Of a stretch of 20,000 bases of DNA, positions 10,349 to 20,000 are shown piece by piece; positions within the stretch are counted from its first letter, which is position 1, and each line of letters opens with the position of its first letter. This DNA is from Chiloscyllium plagiosum (lineage: Eukaryota): contig NC_057718.1 in NCBI RefSeq assembly GCF_004010195.1, positions 11,458,665 to 11,478,664 of the forward strand, given 5' to 3'. The position numbers were made by a program, and so were the translations under genes. The notes under the pieces were generated by a model that saw only the letters and a list, made by a program, of their open reading frames with translations, had not been told where the DNA came from and did no database searches.

Positions 10349-10799
10349 TATGGTATATGAACAGTGGCTACGCATCCTAATGACATAGAACTTTGAGACA
10401 TCTGGCGATTGCAAGAGGCATGATACAAATTCAAGTCTTTCTTATATTGCAAAACAAAAACATAGATCATGTATCAGACCACAGGGCTGGAGATGTTTCT
10501 TACAGAATGTACTGAGCCCATAGAAGTACTGCCAGAATCTCTCCCCACATCCCAGTGTTAAGTGGCTTTCTAGTGTTAGTAATGGAGGCCAGACCGAATG
10601 CAAGCAGCCAACTTTCAGTTATATTTAGTGTGTGGTATGCTCTGTCAGCATCACCAGAGCACATTAAATTGCAAGAACATAGGAGAGTTGCAATCTCAGA
10701 TCCAGAGTAACGGCAATAAGGGCAGGGAGAAAAGCCGAGAGGAAACGGATCTGTTTTGAAGTGGACCTACTCAAAATGTGCAAGATGTTTCATGGTTCA

Positions 10800-10930
10800 G
10801 AAAACATAGCATCAGTCACTTAGACCTGTTCTCCCATTCAGTTTTGGATTATCTGTACTTTAACTCTATTTATCTCAATTTAGATCCATATCTCTCAACA
10901 ACATTACCCAATAAGAATCTATCAACACAA
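10800..10930 (-). mobile_element. Very old CR1-like 3' UTR remnant
   Basis: cctgttctcccattca...atctgtactttaactc...aagaatctatc resembles the layout of 1240-1355. Confidence 0.4.
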
Positions 10931-11039
10931 ATACTACTTTCGGCAAATGCTGGAAATATGAATTTAACAAGGTGAGAGAGGAAACCAGGAAAGTGGGAAG
11001 TAAGGCTCAGAGAATGAAGGCTAGAGGCTACAAAGGCAG

Positions 11040-11192
11040 CAAAACATCCAAACTAAAGGCTCTGTATCTGAATGTGCACAGCATTCTTCAGCAAGTAAAT
11101 TATTTGATCATGCACATTGAAGGTAAATATATATCATTAGATAATCATTGCATGCCTACAGGATGACAAGGATTGGGCCCTGAATATTGAGG
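11040..11192 (+). mobile_element. CR1 ORF2 N-terminal AP-endonuclease fragment
   Basis: LKALYLNVHSILQQVNYLIMHIEGKY...DWALNIE matches the CR1 APE start pattern LK.LY.NARS..NK..EL...W.LNI.G. Confidence 0.7.
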
Positions 11193-11327
11193 CAACTTGA
11201 ATTTTACAATAAATTAGGAAGGATTTACGCTGAGAATGGGAATGGTCTGGAATGGTCTGGCCAGCTGGGTATTGGACATGAAAACAGTAGGATTGCTGGG
11301 GTAGCACAGCGGCTCCTTGTCCTATGT

Positions 11328-11780
11328 GTCCAAGGATGTGCAGGTTAGGGTGGATTGGCCGTGGGAAATTGTCCCATTGTGTCCAGGGTTGTGCAGGTTA
11401 GGGTGGATTGGCCGTGGGAAATTGTCCCATTGTGTCCAGGGATGTGTAGGTTTGGGTGGATTGGCCGCGGGAAATTGTCCCATTGTGTCCAAGGATGTGC
11501 AGGCTAGGGTGGATTGGCTGTGGGAAATTGTCCCATTGTGTCCAGGGTTGTGTAGGTTAGGGTGGATTGGCCGTGGGAAATTGTCCCATTGTGTCCAGGG
11601 ATGTGTAGGTTTGGGTGGATTGGCTGTGGGAAATTGTCCCATTGTGTCCAGGGATGTGGAGGTTTGGGTGGATTGGCCGTGGGAAATTGTCCCATAGTGT
11701 CCAGGGTTGTGTAGGTTTGGGTGGATTGGCCGTGGGAAATTGTCCCATTGTGTCCAGGGATGTGCAGGTTAGGGTGAATT
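11328..11780 (+). repeat. 53-bp minisatellite, about 8.5 copies, derived from the HE1 SINE body
   Basis: Unit gtccaaggatgtgcaggttagggtggattggccgtgggaaattgtcccattgt starts at 11328, 11381, 11434, 11487, 11540, 11593, 11646, 11699 and 11752 (partial). It is similar to the SINE segments at 7731-7780 and 10190-10265. Confidence 0.92.
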
Positions 11781-11877
11781 ATCTATTCTAGTACTTTCAC
11801 CATTCTCTCAACCTCACCAATGCAAGCTTTCCATAATAGTACAATAAAATTGCTGTTATCCAGCACACAGTGATACT

Positions 11878-12286
11878 TCTTCCCTGGAGCGTCGGAGGCT
11901 GAGGGGTGACCTTATAGAGGTTTACAAAATCATGAGGGGCATGAATAGGGTGAATAGACAAGGTCTTTTCCCTGAGTTGGGGGAGTCCAGAACTAGAGGG
12001 CATAGGTTCTCGGTGAGAGGGGAAAGATTTAAAAGGGACCTAAGGGGCAACTTTTTCACACAGAGGGTGGTACTTGCATGGAATGAGCTGCCAGAGGAAG
12101 TGGTGGAGGCTGGTACAGTTGCAACATTGAAAAGGCATCTGAATGGGTATATGAATAGGAAGGGTTTGGAGGGATATGGGCCAGGTGCTGGCAAATGGGA
12201 CTAGATTGGGTTGGGATATCTGGTCGGCACGGATGAGTTGGACCAAAGGGTCTGTTTCTGTGCTGTACATGTCTATGACTCTATGG
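11878..12286 (+). mobile_element. 5'-truncated HER1/CR1-like LINE 3' end
   Basis: SLERRRLRGDLIEVYKIMRG...GNFFTQRVVLAWNELPEEVVEAG...WD*, followed by a 3' UTR ending ctatgactctatg. Confidence 0.93.
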
Positions 12287-12321
12287 TAAAAGGGGAAAAA
12301 AAAAGTGAACCCATTGCAGCT

Positions 12322-13533
12322 CTTGTCTCACAAACTTGATTGAGTTTTTTGAAGAAGTAACAAAGAAGATTGATGAGGGCAGAGCAGTAGATGTGATTTA
12401 TATGGACTTCAGTAAGACGTTCGACAAGGTTCCCCATGGGAGACTGGTTAGCAAGGTTAGATCTCATGGAATACATGGAGAACTAGCCATTTGGATACAT
12501 TTCAGACTGGAGGCCTGTGACCAGTGGAGTACTACAAGGATCGGAGCTGGTTCCTCTACTTTTTGTCATTTACATAAATGATTCGGATGCGAGCATAAGA
12601 GGTACAGTTAGTAAATTTGCAGATCACACCAAAATTGGAGGTGTAGCGGACAGCGAAGAGGGTTACCTCAGATTACAACAGGATCTGGACCAGATGGGCC
12701 AATGGGCTGAGAAGTGGCAGATGGAGTTTAATTCAGATAAATACGAGGTGCTGTGTTTTGGGAAAGCAAATCTTAGCAGGACTTGTACACTTAATGAGAA
12801 GGTCCTAGGGAGTGTTGCTGAACAAAGAGACCTTGGAGTGCAGGTTCATAGCTCCTTGAAAGTGGAGTCACAGGTAGATAGGATAGTGAAGAAGGCATTT
12901 GGTATCTTTCCTTTATTGGTCAGAATATTGAGTACAGGAGTTGGGAGGTCATGTTGTGGCTGTACAGGACATTGGTTAGGCCACTTTTGGAATATTGCGT
13001 GCAATTCTGGTCTCCTTCCTATCGGAAAGATGTTGTGAAATTTGAAAGTGTTCAGAAAAGATTTACAAGGATGTTGCCAGGTTTGAAGGATCTGAGATGT
13101 AGGGAGAGGCTGAACAGGCTGGGGCTGTTTTCCCTGGAGCGTCGGAGGCTGAGTGGTGACCTTATAGAGGTTTACAAAATTATGAGGGGCATGGATAGGA
13201 TAAATAGGCAAAGTATTTTCCTTGGGGTTGGGGAGTCCAGAACTAGAGGGCATAGGTTTAGCGTGAGAGGGGAAAGATATAAAAAAGACCTAAGGGGCAA
13301 CGTTTTCGCACAGAGGGTGGTACGTGTATGGAATGAGCTGCCAGAAGAAATGGTGGAGGCTGGTACAATTACAACATTTAAGAGGCATTTGGATGGGTAT
13401 ATGAATAGGAAGGATTTGGAGGGATATGGGCTGGGTGCTGGCAGGTGGGACTAGATTGGGTTGGGATATCCGGTCGGCATGGACGGGTTGGACCGAAGGG
13501 TCTGTTTCCATGCTGTACATTTCTATGACTCTA
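12322..13533 (+). mobile_element. 5'-truncated HER1/CR1-like LINE covering the RT domain to the 3' UTR, non-functional
   Basis: VDVIYMDFSKTFDKVPH, SGVLQGSELVP, KFADHTK (catalytic FADD mutated) and LYRTLVRPLLEYCVQFWSP. There is an internal deletion near 12500, a frameshift near 12910, and the tail ctatgactct. Confidence 0.95.
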
Positions 13534-13645
13534 ATAGTAGGAACTGAATAAAGATCTTTTTATAATTTACACAGAAGCTTAGAACCTCTCCATCTTGGTC
13601 TCTTTTCACTCCGAATGCAGATGGAAAGATAGTTCAGTCTTCAAT

Positions 13646-13850
13646 TGCAAAACCAGAAATTGCTGGAAAAGCTCAGCAGATCTGACACCACCTGCGCAGA
13701 GAAATCAGAGTTAACGTTTCAGGTCAAATGACCCTTCCTCAGAAACTCCCCCAGTTCTGTTTGTTTTTCTCTCCACAGACCTGCTGAGCTTTTCCAGCTT
13801 TTCCTGTTCTTGGTTCTGATTTACAGCATCCGCAGTTCTTTCGGTGTTTA
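13646..13850. mobile_element. Palindromic Penelope-like short element with a hammerhead motif on the minus strand
   Basis: Inverted arms GCTGGAAAAGCTCAGCAGATCT (13662-13683) and AGACCTGCTGAGCTTTTCCAGC (13777-13798), with a hammerhead core between them. Confidence 0.7.
13705..13750 (-). ncRNA. Minimal type I hammerhead ribozyme motif
   Basis: Minus strand: GGGAGTTT-CTGAGGA-A-GGGTC-ATTT-GACCT-GAAA-CG-TT-AACTCT. Stem II is 5 bp with one G-U pair, stem III carries the palindrome AACGTT, and stem I is GGAGTT/AACTCT with a 1-nt bulge. Confidence 0.65.
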
Positions 13851-13904
13851 ATCCAATCCTCAGCTGGTTTTTTGCGAATGGTTCTTTAAAGGTGATTGGG
13901 GGGG

Positions 13905-14000
13905 GAATAGATAGGAATGTGGAATTTGAAACACAAACAGCATGAACCTTGGAACAGATTCGAAGGAGCTGAATGGTCTACTGTTCCTATTTCATGTCTT
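13905..14000 (+). mobile_element. Old CR1-like 3' UTR remnant
   Basis: ggaacagattcgaaggagctgaatggtctactgttcctatttcatgt resembles the CR1 tail at 4605-4678. Confidence 0.5.
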
Positions 14001-16286
14001 CGTGTGTACAATCGTGTGTGTTAAAAAACAATACTTTTTAAACAACCTGTTAATGACCAACCACCAGTGAGACTTGACTCCTGGCCTTCAGAACCAGAGA
14101 TAGACTCATTACCACTGTGTCACCAGGCCCATTTGCAGTGACTGCTGCAGGGGATATCAGAGATTCCAGTAGGTGGGTATATTCTGGTTGGTGGGGTGCC
14201 GGGTAACATGAATTTGATCATATTGCCAATCTTAAACCGGGCCTGTTGGCGCTGTGGCTGGCATTAATGTGGGTGAGTCTGGGCCAATCATTGAAGTGAT
14301 GCAGCCGTGTTAATAAAGAGCTCCATACTCAGACATTGTCCCGTGGGGCCTGGACACGTGACCAAAGTCTCCACAGTCGGGATGCAAGAAGAAGATTTTA
14401 AAGTGGAATCTCTAAAAGTGAGATATTTAGGAGTCAGGTTAGGAGATTAAGGGGCATTGGCACAAGAGGGAGGGGGAAGAACTGAAAGATTGGCTTCCCT
14501 CAGCATGGAGGTACAACCATGACACCGGTGCCAGAATGTTCCACAAAATACCGGCCGGAATTCGACTGCAGGGACTCGATGCTGAAAGCTGCTTCTCCAA
14601 ACACGGGACGTTGTCATGACATCAACTGTTATTTTGCAGTTTTGACTCCTTATTCGTTTAACCGAGGATTCAGTGACACTCATTACCGCAAGGTGCAGTG
14701 CTGGTTTTAGACTCAGAACACTACAGCGACTTCTCCACCAGGAGATCGATCTGACTCACAGCACCGCGATCTTCACCACACCGGGAACAAAGAGGCAGGT
14801 CCCACATTCAGCACAAATGGAACTGGCATCAGCCGTCAACACCGATTTGATCCAAACTGACCACTCAGTCAATGGCACTGACCATGCACTCTCACACTGA
14901 CGACCCAAACAATGGAGTTGACCATGAACACTCACACTGACCACCCAGTCAACAGGACTGACGGTACTCTCTCACACTGACCACTCAGTCAATGGACCTT
15001 ACCGTGCACTCTCACACTGACCATCCAGTCAATGGCACTGACCGTGCACTCTCACACTGACCACCCAGTCAATGGCACTGACCGTGCACTCTCACACTGA
15101 CCACCCAGTCAATGGCGCTGACTGTACACTCTCATACTGACCACCCAAACAATGGAGTTGACCATGAACACTCACACTGACCTCCCATTCCATGGAACTG
15201 ACCGTGCACTCTCACACTGACCACCCAGTCAATGGCGCTGACTATATACTCTCATACTGACCACCCAGTACATGGAGCTGACCATGCACTCTCACACTGA
15301 CCACCCAGTCAATGGCACTGACCGTGCACTCTCACACTGACCACCCAGTACATGGAGCTGACCATGCACTCTCATACTGACCACCCAGTAATGGCGCTGA
15401 ACGTGCCCACTCAAACTGACCACCCAGTCAATGGCACTGACCGTGCACTCTCACACTGACCACACAGTCAATGGCACTGACCGTGCACTCTCACACTGAC
15501 CACTCAATCAATGGAGCTTACCGTGCACACTCGCACTGACCACCCAGTAAACAGGACGGACGGTGCTCTCTCACACTGACCACCCAGTCAATGGAGCTGA
15601 ATGTGCACTCTCACACTGACCACCCAGTCAATGGAGCTGTCCGTTCACTCTCACACTGACCACACAGTAAATGGCACTGACCGTGCACTCTCACACTGAC
15701 CACCAAGACAATGGAACTAACCGTTCACTCTCACACTGATCACCCAGTCAATGGAACTAACCGTTCACACTCACACTGACCAACCAGTCAATGGAACTGA
15801 CCATGCACTCTCACACTGACCATCCAGTCAATGGCGCTGAACGTGCCCACTCAAACTAACCACCCAGTCAATGGCACTGACCGTGCACTCTCATACTGAC
15901 CACCCAAACAATGGAGTTGACCATGAACACTCACACTGACCACCCAGTCAACAGGACTGACGGTACTCTCTCACACTGACCACTCAGTCAATGGAGCTTA
16001 CCGTGCACTCTCACACTGACAACCCAGTCAATGGCGCTGACTGTCCCCTCTCATACTGACCACCCAGTCAATGGCACTGACTGTGCACTCTCACACTGAC
16101 CACCCAGTCAATGGCACTGACCGTGCACTCTCACACTGACCAGCCAGACAATGGAACTGACCATGCACTCTCACACTGACCACTCAGTCAATGGAACAGA
16201 CCATGCACTCTCACACTGACCACCCAGTCATTGGAACTGACTGTTCACTCTATTACTGACCACCCAAACAATGGAGTTGACCATGA

Positions 16287-16786
16287 NNNNNNNNNNNNNN
16301 NNNNNNNNNNNNNNNNNNNNNNNNNNNNNNNNNNNNNNNNNNNNNNNNNNNNNNNNNNNNNNNNNNNNNNNNNNNNNNNNNNNNNNNNNNNNNNNNNNNN
16401 NNNNNNNNNNNNNNNNNNNNNNNNNNNNNNNNNNNNNNNNNNNNNNNNNNNNNNNNNNNNNNNNNNNNNNNNNNNNNNNNNNNNNNNNNNNNNNNNNNNN
16501 NNNNNNNNNNNNNNNNNNNNNNNNNNNNNNNNNNNNNNNNNNNNNNNNNNNNNNNNNNNNNNNNNNNNNNNNNNNNNNNNNNNNNNNNNNNNNNNNNNNN
16601 NNNNNNNNNNNNNNNNNNNNNNNNNNNNNNNNNNNNNNNNNNNNNNNNNNNNNNNNNNNNNNNNNNNNNNNNNNNNNNNNNNNNNNNNNNNNNNNNNNNN
16701 NNNNNNNNNNNNNNNNNNNNNNNNNNNNNNNNNNNNNNNNNNNNNNNNNNNNNNNNNNNNNNNNNNNNNNNNNNNNNNNNNNNNNN
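16287..16786. other. Assembly gap (500 N) inside the satellite
   Basis: Run of N. Confidence 1.
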
Positions 16787-17411
16787 TCAATGGAACTGAC
16801 CATGTACTCTCACACTGACCACCCAGTCCATGGAACTGACCGTGCACGATCACACTGACCACCCAGTCAATGGAGCTGAACATGGAATCTCACACTGACC
16901 ACCCAGTTCATGGAACTGACCGTACACTCTCACTCTGACCACCCAGTCAATGGCACTGACCATGCACTCTCACACTGACCACCCAGTCAATGGATCTCAA
17001 CGTGCTCTCTCACACGGACCAGCCAGACAATGGAGCTGACCGTGCACAGTCACACTGACCATCCAGTCAACAGAAGTGACGGCGCGCTCTCACACTGATC
17101 AACCAGTCAATGGAACTGACCGTACACTCTCACTCTGACCACCCAGTCAATGGAGCTGATTGTGCACTCTCACACTGACCACCAAGTCAATTGAACTGAC
17201 TGTGCGCTCTCACACTGACCACCCAGTCAATGAAACCGATCGTGCAATCTCACATTGACCATCCAGTCAATGGAACTGACCATGCACCCTTACACTGACC
17301 ACCCAGTCAATGGAGCTAACCGTGCACCTTCCCACTGACCACCCAGTCAATGGAGCTAACCGTGCACCTTCCCACTGACCACCCAGTCAATGGAGCTAAC
17401 CGTGCACCTTC

Positions 17412-17989
17412 NNNNNNNNNNNNNNNNNNNNNNNNNNNNNNNNNNNNNNNNNNNNNNNNNNNNNNNNNNNNNNNNNNNNNNNNNNNNNNNNNNNNNNNNN
17501 NNNNNNNNNNNNNNNNNNNNNNNNNNNNNNNNNNNNNNNNNNNNNNNNNNNNNNNNNNNNNNNNNNNNNNNNNNNNNNNNNNNNNNNNNNNNNNNNNNNN
17601 NNNNNNNNNNNNNNNNNNNNNNNNNNNNNNNNNNNNNNNNNNNNNNNNNNNNNNNNNNNNNNNNNNNNNNNNNNNNNNNNNNNNNNNNNNNNNNNNNNNN
17701 NNNNNNNNNNNNNNNNNNNNNNNNNNNNNNNNNNNNNNNNNNNNNNNNNNNNNNNNNNNNNNNNNNNNNNNNNNNNNNNNNNNNNNNNNNNNNNNNNNNN
17801 NNNNNNNNNNNNNNNNNNNNNNNNNNNNNNNNNNNNNNNNNNNNNNNNNNNNNNNNNNNNNNNNNNNNNNNNNNNNNNNNNNNNNNNNNNNNNNNNNNNN
17901 NNNNNNNNNNNNNNNNNNNNNNNNNNNNNNNNNNNNNNNNNNNNNNNNNNNNNNNNNNNNNNNNNNNNNNNNNNNNNNNNNNNNNNNNN
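17412..17989. other. Assembly gap (578 N) inside the satellite
   Basis: Run of N. Confidence 1.
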
Positions 17990-20000
17990 CACTGACCACC
18001 CAGACAATGGAGCTGACCGTGCACTCTTTCACTGACCACCCAGACAATGGAGCTGACCGTGCACTCTTTCACTGACCACCCAGACAATGGAGCTGACCGT
18101 GCACTCTTTCACTGACCACCCAGACAATGGAGCTGACCGTGCACTCTTTCACTGACCACCCAGACAATGGAGCTGACCGTGCACTCTTTCACTGACCACC
18201 CAGACAATGGAGCTGACCGTGCACTCTTTCACTGACCACCCAGACAATGGAGCTGACCGTGCACTCTTTCACTGACCACCCAGACAATGGAGCTGACCGT
18301 GCACTCTTTCACTGACCACCCAGACAATGGAGCTGACCGTGCACTCTTTCACTGACCACCCAGACAATGGAGCTGACCGTGCACTCTTTCACTGACCACC
18401 CAGACAATGGAGCTGACCGTTCACTCTCACACTAACCATCCAGTCAACAGAACTGATCGTGCACTCTCACACTGACCACCCAGTCAATGAAACTGACCAT
18501 GCACTCTCACACTGACTACCCAGTCAATGGAGCTGACCGTGCCCTCTTACACTGACCATCCAGTCAATGGAGCTGACCGTACACTCTCACACTGACCACC
18601 CAGTCAATGGAACTGACCGTGCACTCTCACACTGACCTACAGACTATGGATCTGACTGTTGACTCACACTGACCACCCAGATAATGGAGCTGATCATGCA
18701 CACTCACACTGACCACCCAGTCAACAGAACTGACGCTGCTCTCTCAGCCTGACCACCCAGTCAATGCCACTGACCGTGCACTCTCACACTGACCACCCAG
18801 TCAATGCAACTGACCGTGCACTCTCACACTGACCATCCAGTCAACGCAACTGACTGTACACTCTCACACTGACCACGCAGACAATGGAGCTGACCATGCA
18901 CACTCACCATGACCACGCAGTCAACAGAACTGATGGTGCTCTCTCACACTGACCATTCAGTCAATGGAGCTGACCGTACACTCTCACACTGACCACCCAG
19001 TCAATGGAACTGACCATGCACTCTCACACTGACCTACAGACTATGGATCTGACTGTTGACTCACACTGACCACCCTGATAATGGAGCTGATCATGCACAC
19101 TCACACTGACCACCCAGTCAACAGAACTGATGCTGCTCTCTCAGCCTGACCAATCAGTCAATGCCACTGACCGTGCACTCTCACACTGACCACCCAGTCA
19201 ATGGAATTGACCGTGCACTCTCACACTGACCACTCTGTCAATGGAACTGACTGGGTGCTCTCACACTGACCACCCAGTCAATGGAACAGACCGTGCACTG
19301 TCACACTGACCACCCATTCCATGGAACTGACCGTGCACTCTCACACTGACCATCCAGTCAATGGTGCTGACCATGAACTCTCACACTGACCACCCAGTCA
19401 ATGGAGCTCAACGTGCTCTCTCACACTGACCACCCAGTCAATGGAGCTGACCGTGCACAGTTACACTGACCATCCAGTCAACAGAACTGACGGCGTGCTC
19501 TCACACCAATCAACCAGTCAATGGAACTGACCGTACACTCTCACTCTGACCACCCAGTCAATGGAGCTGATCGTGTACTCTCACACTGACAACCCAGTCA
19601 ATGGAACCAACCGTGCACTCTCACACTGACCACCCAGTCAATAGCGCTGATGGTGCACTCTCACATTGACCACCCAGTCAATGGCACTGACCGTTCACTC
19701 TCACACTGACCATCCAGTCAATGGAGCTGACCGTGCACACTCACACTGACCACCCAGTCAATGGAACTGACGGTGCACTCTCACACTGACCACCCAGTAA
19801 ATGGATCTGACCGTGCACTCTCACACTGATCACCAAGTCAATTGAACTGACTGTGCGCTCTCACACTGACCAACCAGTTCATGAAACCGACCATGCAATC
19901 TCACACTGACCATCCAGTCAATGGAACTGACCGTGCCCTCTTACACTGACCACCCAGTCAATGGAGCTGACCGTGCACACTCACACTGACCACCCAGTCA

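Larger units (their letters stand above)
9630..10443 (+). mobile_element. Old DeuSINE (SacSINE1/AmnSINE1-like) interrupted by a Penelope-like element and an HE1 SINE
   Basis: Head gtgtcagctgaggctgagctgg. Deu-like core ggaggtaccatctttcag...cccatggagctattttgaaga...atttatccctc...gctgtttgtgggagcttgctgtg. The 3' end gatacaaattcaagtctttctt is at about 10422-10443. The family call is from recall of the consensus. Confidence 0.7.
14858..20000. repeat. 40-bp tandem satellite/minisatellite array, more than 5 kb, continuing past the window end
   Basis: Consensus CTGACCACCCAGTCAATGGARCTGACCGTGCACTCTCACA repeats head to tail with scattered substitutions and rare indels. There are no unique spacers. Confidence 0.97.

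Noticed and set aside
11317..11748. Cys/Gly/Trp-rich and Pro/His-rich repeat ORFs
   Set aside because: These are by-products of a stop-poor 53-bp SINE-derived minisatellite that is open in several frames on both strands.
12336..13454. Active reverse transcriptase gene, retron or DGR
   Set aside because: This is a 5'-truncated CR1 copy with a deletion, frameshifts and FADD mutated to FADH. The similar copy at 11878-12286 is another LINE 3' end and shows no adenine-specific variation.
14060..14130. Isolated tRNA/SINE-head-like remnant on the minus strand (similar at about 3258-3307)
   Set aside because: It is too short and degenerate to assign with confidence.
14858..20000. CRISPR array or repeat-protein ORFs
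   Set aside because: The whole unit repeats with no unique spacers, there are no cas genes, and the context is eukaryotic. The 40-bp unit is not a multiple of 3, and the long ORFs listed are mostly runs of N.

Overview
This is eukaryotic, repeat-dense DNA with no prokaryotic features. The repeat families point to a cartilaginous fish (shark): HE1-like tRNA SINEs, HER1/CR1-like LINEs, a DeuSINE/SacSINE1-like element, a Rex1/Babar LINE and short Penelope-like elements. Family names come from my recall of consensus sequences, not from a search. Positions 1-14850 look intronic or intergenic and hold many decayed, often nested retroelements. Positions 14858-20000 are a 40-bp tandem repeat array with higher-order structure and two assembly gaps. 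No complete protein-coding gene is present. Two phase-compatible minus-strand exon candidates (5111-5183 and 150-232) may encode the C-terminus of an unidentified host gene, at low confidence. The most notable observations are: minimal hammerhead-ribozyme motifs in Penelope-like elements (near-intact at 9663-9704 + and 13705-13750 -); a 53-bp minisatellite derived from a SINE with a 3-unit higher-order period; a Rex1 copy carrying four nested insertions; and segmental structure in the 40-bp satellite. I found no convincing wholly novel system.
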